64,000 nt of DNA from positions 554,537 to 618,536 of the forward strand of contig CAWFCE010000002.1 of NCBI GenBank assembly GCA_963814275.1. Direction: 5' to 3'. A program made the position numbers and the translations under genes. Below, piece after piece: positions 61,736 to 64,000 of the stretch. Within the stretch, counting starts at the first letter, position 1. Every line of letters starts with the position of its first letter. A model generated the notes under the pieces. The model saw only the letters and a list, made by a program, of their open reading frames with translations. It did not search any database and was not told the DNA's origin. The DNA comes from Candidatus Parcubacteria bacterium. Its GTDB lineage: Bacteria > Patescibacteriota > Patescibacteriia > Patescibacteriales > UBA12075.

Positions 61736-61987
61736 TCAATTTTCTAATTCGCTGGCGAATTCCGAGAGGAATTCCCGGTAGGCGATTTCCGTTTCGGGAC
61801 CAAGCGGTGTTTCCGGCGGTATGGCCAAGGCTTGGCTCAGGCTAAATCCGGTTTCTTTCTTAAACACGGAGGCGATTAGTTCCAATGAAGTGCGGAGGCG
61901 AATGCCGTAGTCTTTTTCGTAGCCGGTCATTTCAGCCAGAAATAATAGGTCGCCGATACGGTTTTTCAATTCTCTATAGGTAGCCAT
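61736..61987 (-). CDS. Hypothetical small protein
   Basis: 83 aa. A strong Shine-Dalgarno (AGGAGGAATGAAAA) precedes the ATG. No family recognised. Confidence 0.7.
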   Translation of the reverse strand: MATYRELKNRIGDLLFLAEMTGYEKDYGIRLRTSLELIASVFKKETGFSLSQALAIPPETPLGPETEIAYREFLSEFASELEN

Positions 61988-62121
61988 TTTTCATTCCTCC
62001 TTCCGAATAGCAAAGATCATATTTGGCCACATCATACATTATATATTAACTTATTAAAATATTAATTAAAAATCCGCCCATCTGCGAGTGGTTTTTTAAC
62101 GGTAAATATTATAATCCTTTA

Positions 62122-63375
62122 TTATAAATTCAGCATATCCTGCCACTTGTCTATTTCCGTGAAGAAGCGGTCGCGGTTTTCTTCCAGGATCGGTTTGCCG
62201 GGCGGCTGGATTTCGGTCAGGGGATTGATCTTCGCGCCGTTTTTGACCATTTCGAAGTGGACATGCGGGCCGGTGGAATAACCGGTCGAACCGACATAGC
62301 CGATAATGTCGCCCTGCTTGACCTTTTGGCCGACTTTGACGATGATCTTCGATTGGTGGGCGTAATTGGTGGAATAGGTGGCATTATGGCGGATCGAGGT
62401 CAGGTTGCCGTAGCCGTGGGAATTCCAGCCGGCGAACGTCACCGTACCGTCGCCGACCGCCCGGATCGGTGTTCCCAGAGGGGCGGCATAATCGATCGCC
62501 CGATGCGGCCCCGAGAGGCCGATTTCCATAACAACCCGGTTACCGGTTGTATAGCCGGAAGAAATATAGCGGAATTCGACCGGGGCTTTCAAAAACATCT
62601 TTTGCACCGAATTGCCATCCTCGTCAAAATAGCCGGTATTGTCGGCCGATTCCTCGAAATAGTAGGCCTCGAAAGGCGTGCCGTTATTCACATAACGGCC
62701 AGCCAAGATTCGTCCCGGCATGACGTATTCGCCGTTCAAGTAACGTTTTTCATAGACAAAAGAGAAAGTATCGCCCTGGCGGGGGTCCATGGCGAAATCG
62801 ATTGACCACTGGAAAACGTTTGCCAGGTCGATGATCGCCCGGATATCGATATCCTTTTCGATCGCTGCCTCGTACATGCTGGTTTCGACCGTACCGGTAG
62901 CGGTAACGACTTCAACTACATAAGGGATTGGTTTGATCGCCGCCTGCCAATCCGGCGCGGACACCGGCGATGATGAAGCGGTGGTGGTCGCTACCGATTT
63001 CGTTATGAACAGTTCATCTTCCGTATCCACCTTGTACCGGAGTTCTTTGAAATCGTCCGTATCTTTGTCGAACACCAATTCTATTATCCGGCCGACGCGG
63101 ATCTTTACCAGATCATAAACATCACGGGCGGCGTCATAAATGTCCATAGCTTCAGCATAGGGTATGCCGGAAGTGGCCATCAGCGCCCCGAAAGTATCGC
63201 CATCGGATATGGTAACCTGTTCGATCCTGTCGGTCGGTTCCGGGGGCGGAATTACCGCTTCGACGGCCAGCGGTTCGGCCTGGGTAAGCTTCGATACGAA
63301 ATAATCGGTATAGATATAGTAGCCGGCGACAAGTAAAGCTAGCAAAAAAAGAGTGGTAATAAGTATTTTTTTCAT
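62122..63375 (-). CDS. M23-family (LytM-type) peptidoglycan metalloendopeptidase, membrane-anchored
   Basis: 417 aa with an N-terminal TM helix. HRAIDYAAPLGTPIRAVGDGTV and GYVGSTGYSTGPHVHFE are the zinc-site motifs of M23. Confidence 0.9.
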   Translation of the reverse strand: MKKILITTLFLLALLVAGYYIYTDYFVSKLTQAEPLAVEAVIPPPEPTDRIEQVTISDGDTFGALMATSGIPYAEAMDIYDAARDVYDLVKIRVGRIIELVFDKDTDDFKELRYKVDTEDELFITKSVATTTASSSPVSAPDWQAAIKPIPYVVEVVTATGTVETSMYEAAIEKDIDIRAIIDLANVFQWSIDFAMDPRQGDTFSFVYEKRYLNGEYVMPGRILAGRYVNNGTPFEAYYFEESADNTGYFDEDGNSVQKMFLKAPVEFRYISSGYTTGNRVVMEIGLSGPHRAIDYAAPLGTPIRAVGDGTVTFAGWNSHGYGNLTSIRHNATYSTNYAHQSKIIVKVGQKVKQGDIIGYVGSTGYSTGPHVHFEMVKNGAKINPLTEIQPPGKPILEENRDRFFTEIDKWQDMLNL

Positions 63376-63696
63376 ACAACCACCCTATTATAACACAGCG
63401 ATATTAAAAATCCAGGGTATTATTTTAATAAGCAGACAGAAGAAATATTATATATGTGATTTACGCGTTTGGCGGGAGTAAAACCGTTATGATCCTTATT
63501 TGCGCGATACTTTTAAAATAGTAATAAGCAATAAGACATAAGCTTTAATTAATATTAATGGTCTTGAATACGAGCTTGTTACTTATTTCATATGTCTTAT
63601 TATTTCTCTTGAAAAATCTTAGTGGGCCGTATCCACTATCTTTTTAAAACCGGCATATGCGCCAGTCCTAAAATAATTGTTTTTTAGCGTCAGTAC

Positions 63697-64000
63697 TTAT
63701 TTATAATAATAACCCGAAGTGGTAACGATCTCTTTCCAGGGCCCGGCGGGCACTTCGTTTGCGGCGACAAAACGCCAACTGACTGTTCCGTTATCTGCCA
63801 TGCCCAGACAGTCGCGCAGAGCGGGGGACAGGTCAATTCCCGCCTTGGAGTCGATTCGATTTTTCGGGGGAGCACTGCCGAAAACATAATCGAAATCATC
63901 GGATTCGTAGGGACCGACATCCTCCCACTGGCCATAGCAGGTCTTGTTTCCGAAAGTGATCTGCGTCCACCGGTTTTTCAGAAGCGGAATTGGGGCGCCG
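63697..64000 (-). CDS. C-terminal part of a protein with an RlpA/expansin-like (double-psi beta-barrel-like) domain; 5' end beyond the window
   Basis: A frame not in the ORF track (no Met in window) reads ...ITFGNKTCYGQWEDVGPYESDDFDYVFGSAPPKNRIDSKAGIDLSPALRDCLGMADNGTVSWRFVAANEVPAGPWKEIVTTSGYYYK*, with stop TAA at 63697-63699. The pattern resembles DPBB cell-wall-binding domains. Confidence 0.55.
   Translation of the reverse strand, partial: GAPIPLLKNRWTQITFGNKTCYGQWEDVGPYESDDFDYVFGSAPPKNRIDSKAGIDLSPALRDCLGMADNGTVSWRFVAANEVPAGPWKEIVTTSGYYYK

Noticed and set aside
63690-63935. 81-aa minus-strand ORF on the track (MASGRMSVPTNPMISIMF...).
   Set aside because: Its composition is Pro/Arg/Ser-rich junk. 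A different minus-strand frame over the same DNA is open to the window edge and gives a protein-like sequence ending at 63697-63699, so that frame is preferred.

Overview
The window looks like a chromosomal segment of a small-genome, CPR/Patescibacteria-like bacterium. This is an inference from gene content: standard genetic code, a lean housekeeping set, and many secreted Cys-rich or thrombospondin-type-3-repeat proteins. Backbone genes are rpoB (3' end) and rpoC, a pyruvate:ferredoxin oxidoreductase operon (porG-porD-porA ... porB), xth, leuS, rsmA, radA, a 3-methyladenine glycosylase, recG, msrA, rlmN, an ECF sigma/anti-sigma pair, and three tRNAs (Ser-UGA, Ser-GCU, Arg-GCG). No rRNA, CRISPR array, integrase, transposase or relaxase was recognised. 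Six things stand out. (1) At 26.3-45.9 kb there is an 11-gene, same-strand block. It combines a minimal T4SS-like core (VirB6/TrbL-like, PrgI/VirB3-like, VirB4 ATPase plus an N-domain-only paralog, and a possible VirB8-like protein) with a 2691-aa Cys-rich giant surface protein and a DsbA-like oxidoreductase. No coupling ATPase or relaxase is present. (2) At 6.5-11.2 kb three tandem genes fuse a shared TrbC/VirB2-like two-helix pilin module to unrelated C-terminal payloads: about 770 aa of Cys-rich repeats, an M15/LAS-like peptidase-like domain, and a 10-Cys knot. Together with a DUF4258/DUF2283 pair they sit between porA and porB. (3) At 50.49-51.38 kb a perfect 402-bp tandem unit is made of a small GIY-YIG nuclease gene plus a 5' copy of tRNA-Ser(GCU). 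The T-loop of that copy is interrupted by a 40-nt double hairpin, and the array ends in one intact tRNA. (4) A family of heptamer-periodic tracts occurs in many intergenic leaders and inside the rsmA and recG reading frames. (5) porG has an apparent 1-nt frameshift. (6) There are several structured non-coding elements: a 33-bp x5 tandem repeat, a nested inverted repeat, long palindromes, and candidate small transcripts bounded by a promoter and a terminator. All functional calls come from reading the translations and DNA by eye. No database search was run.
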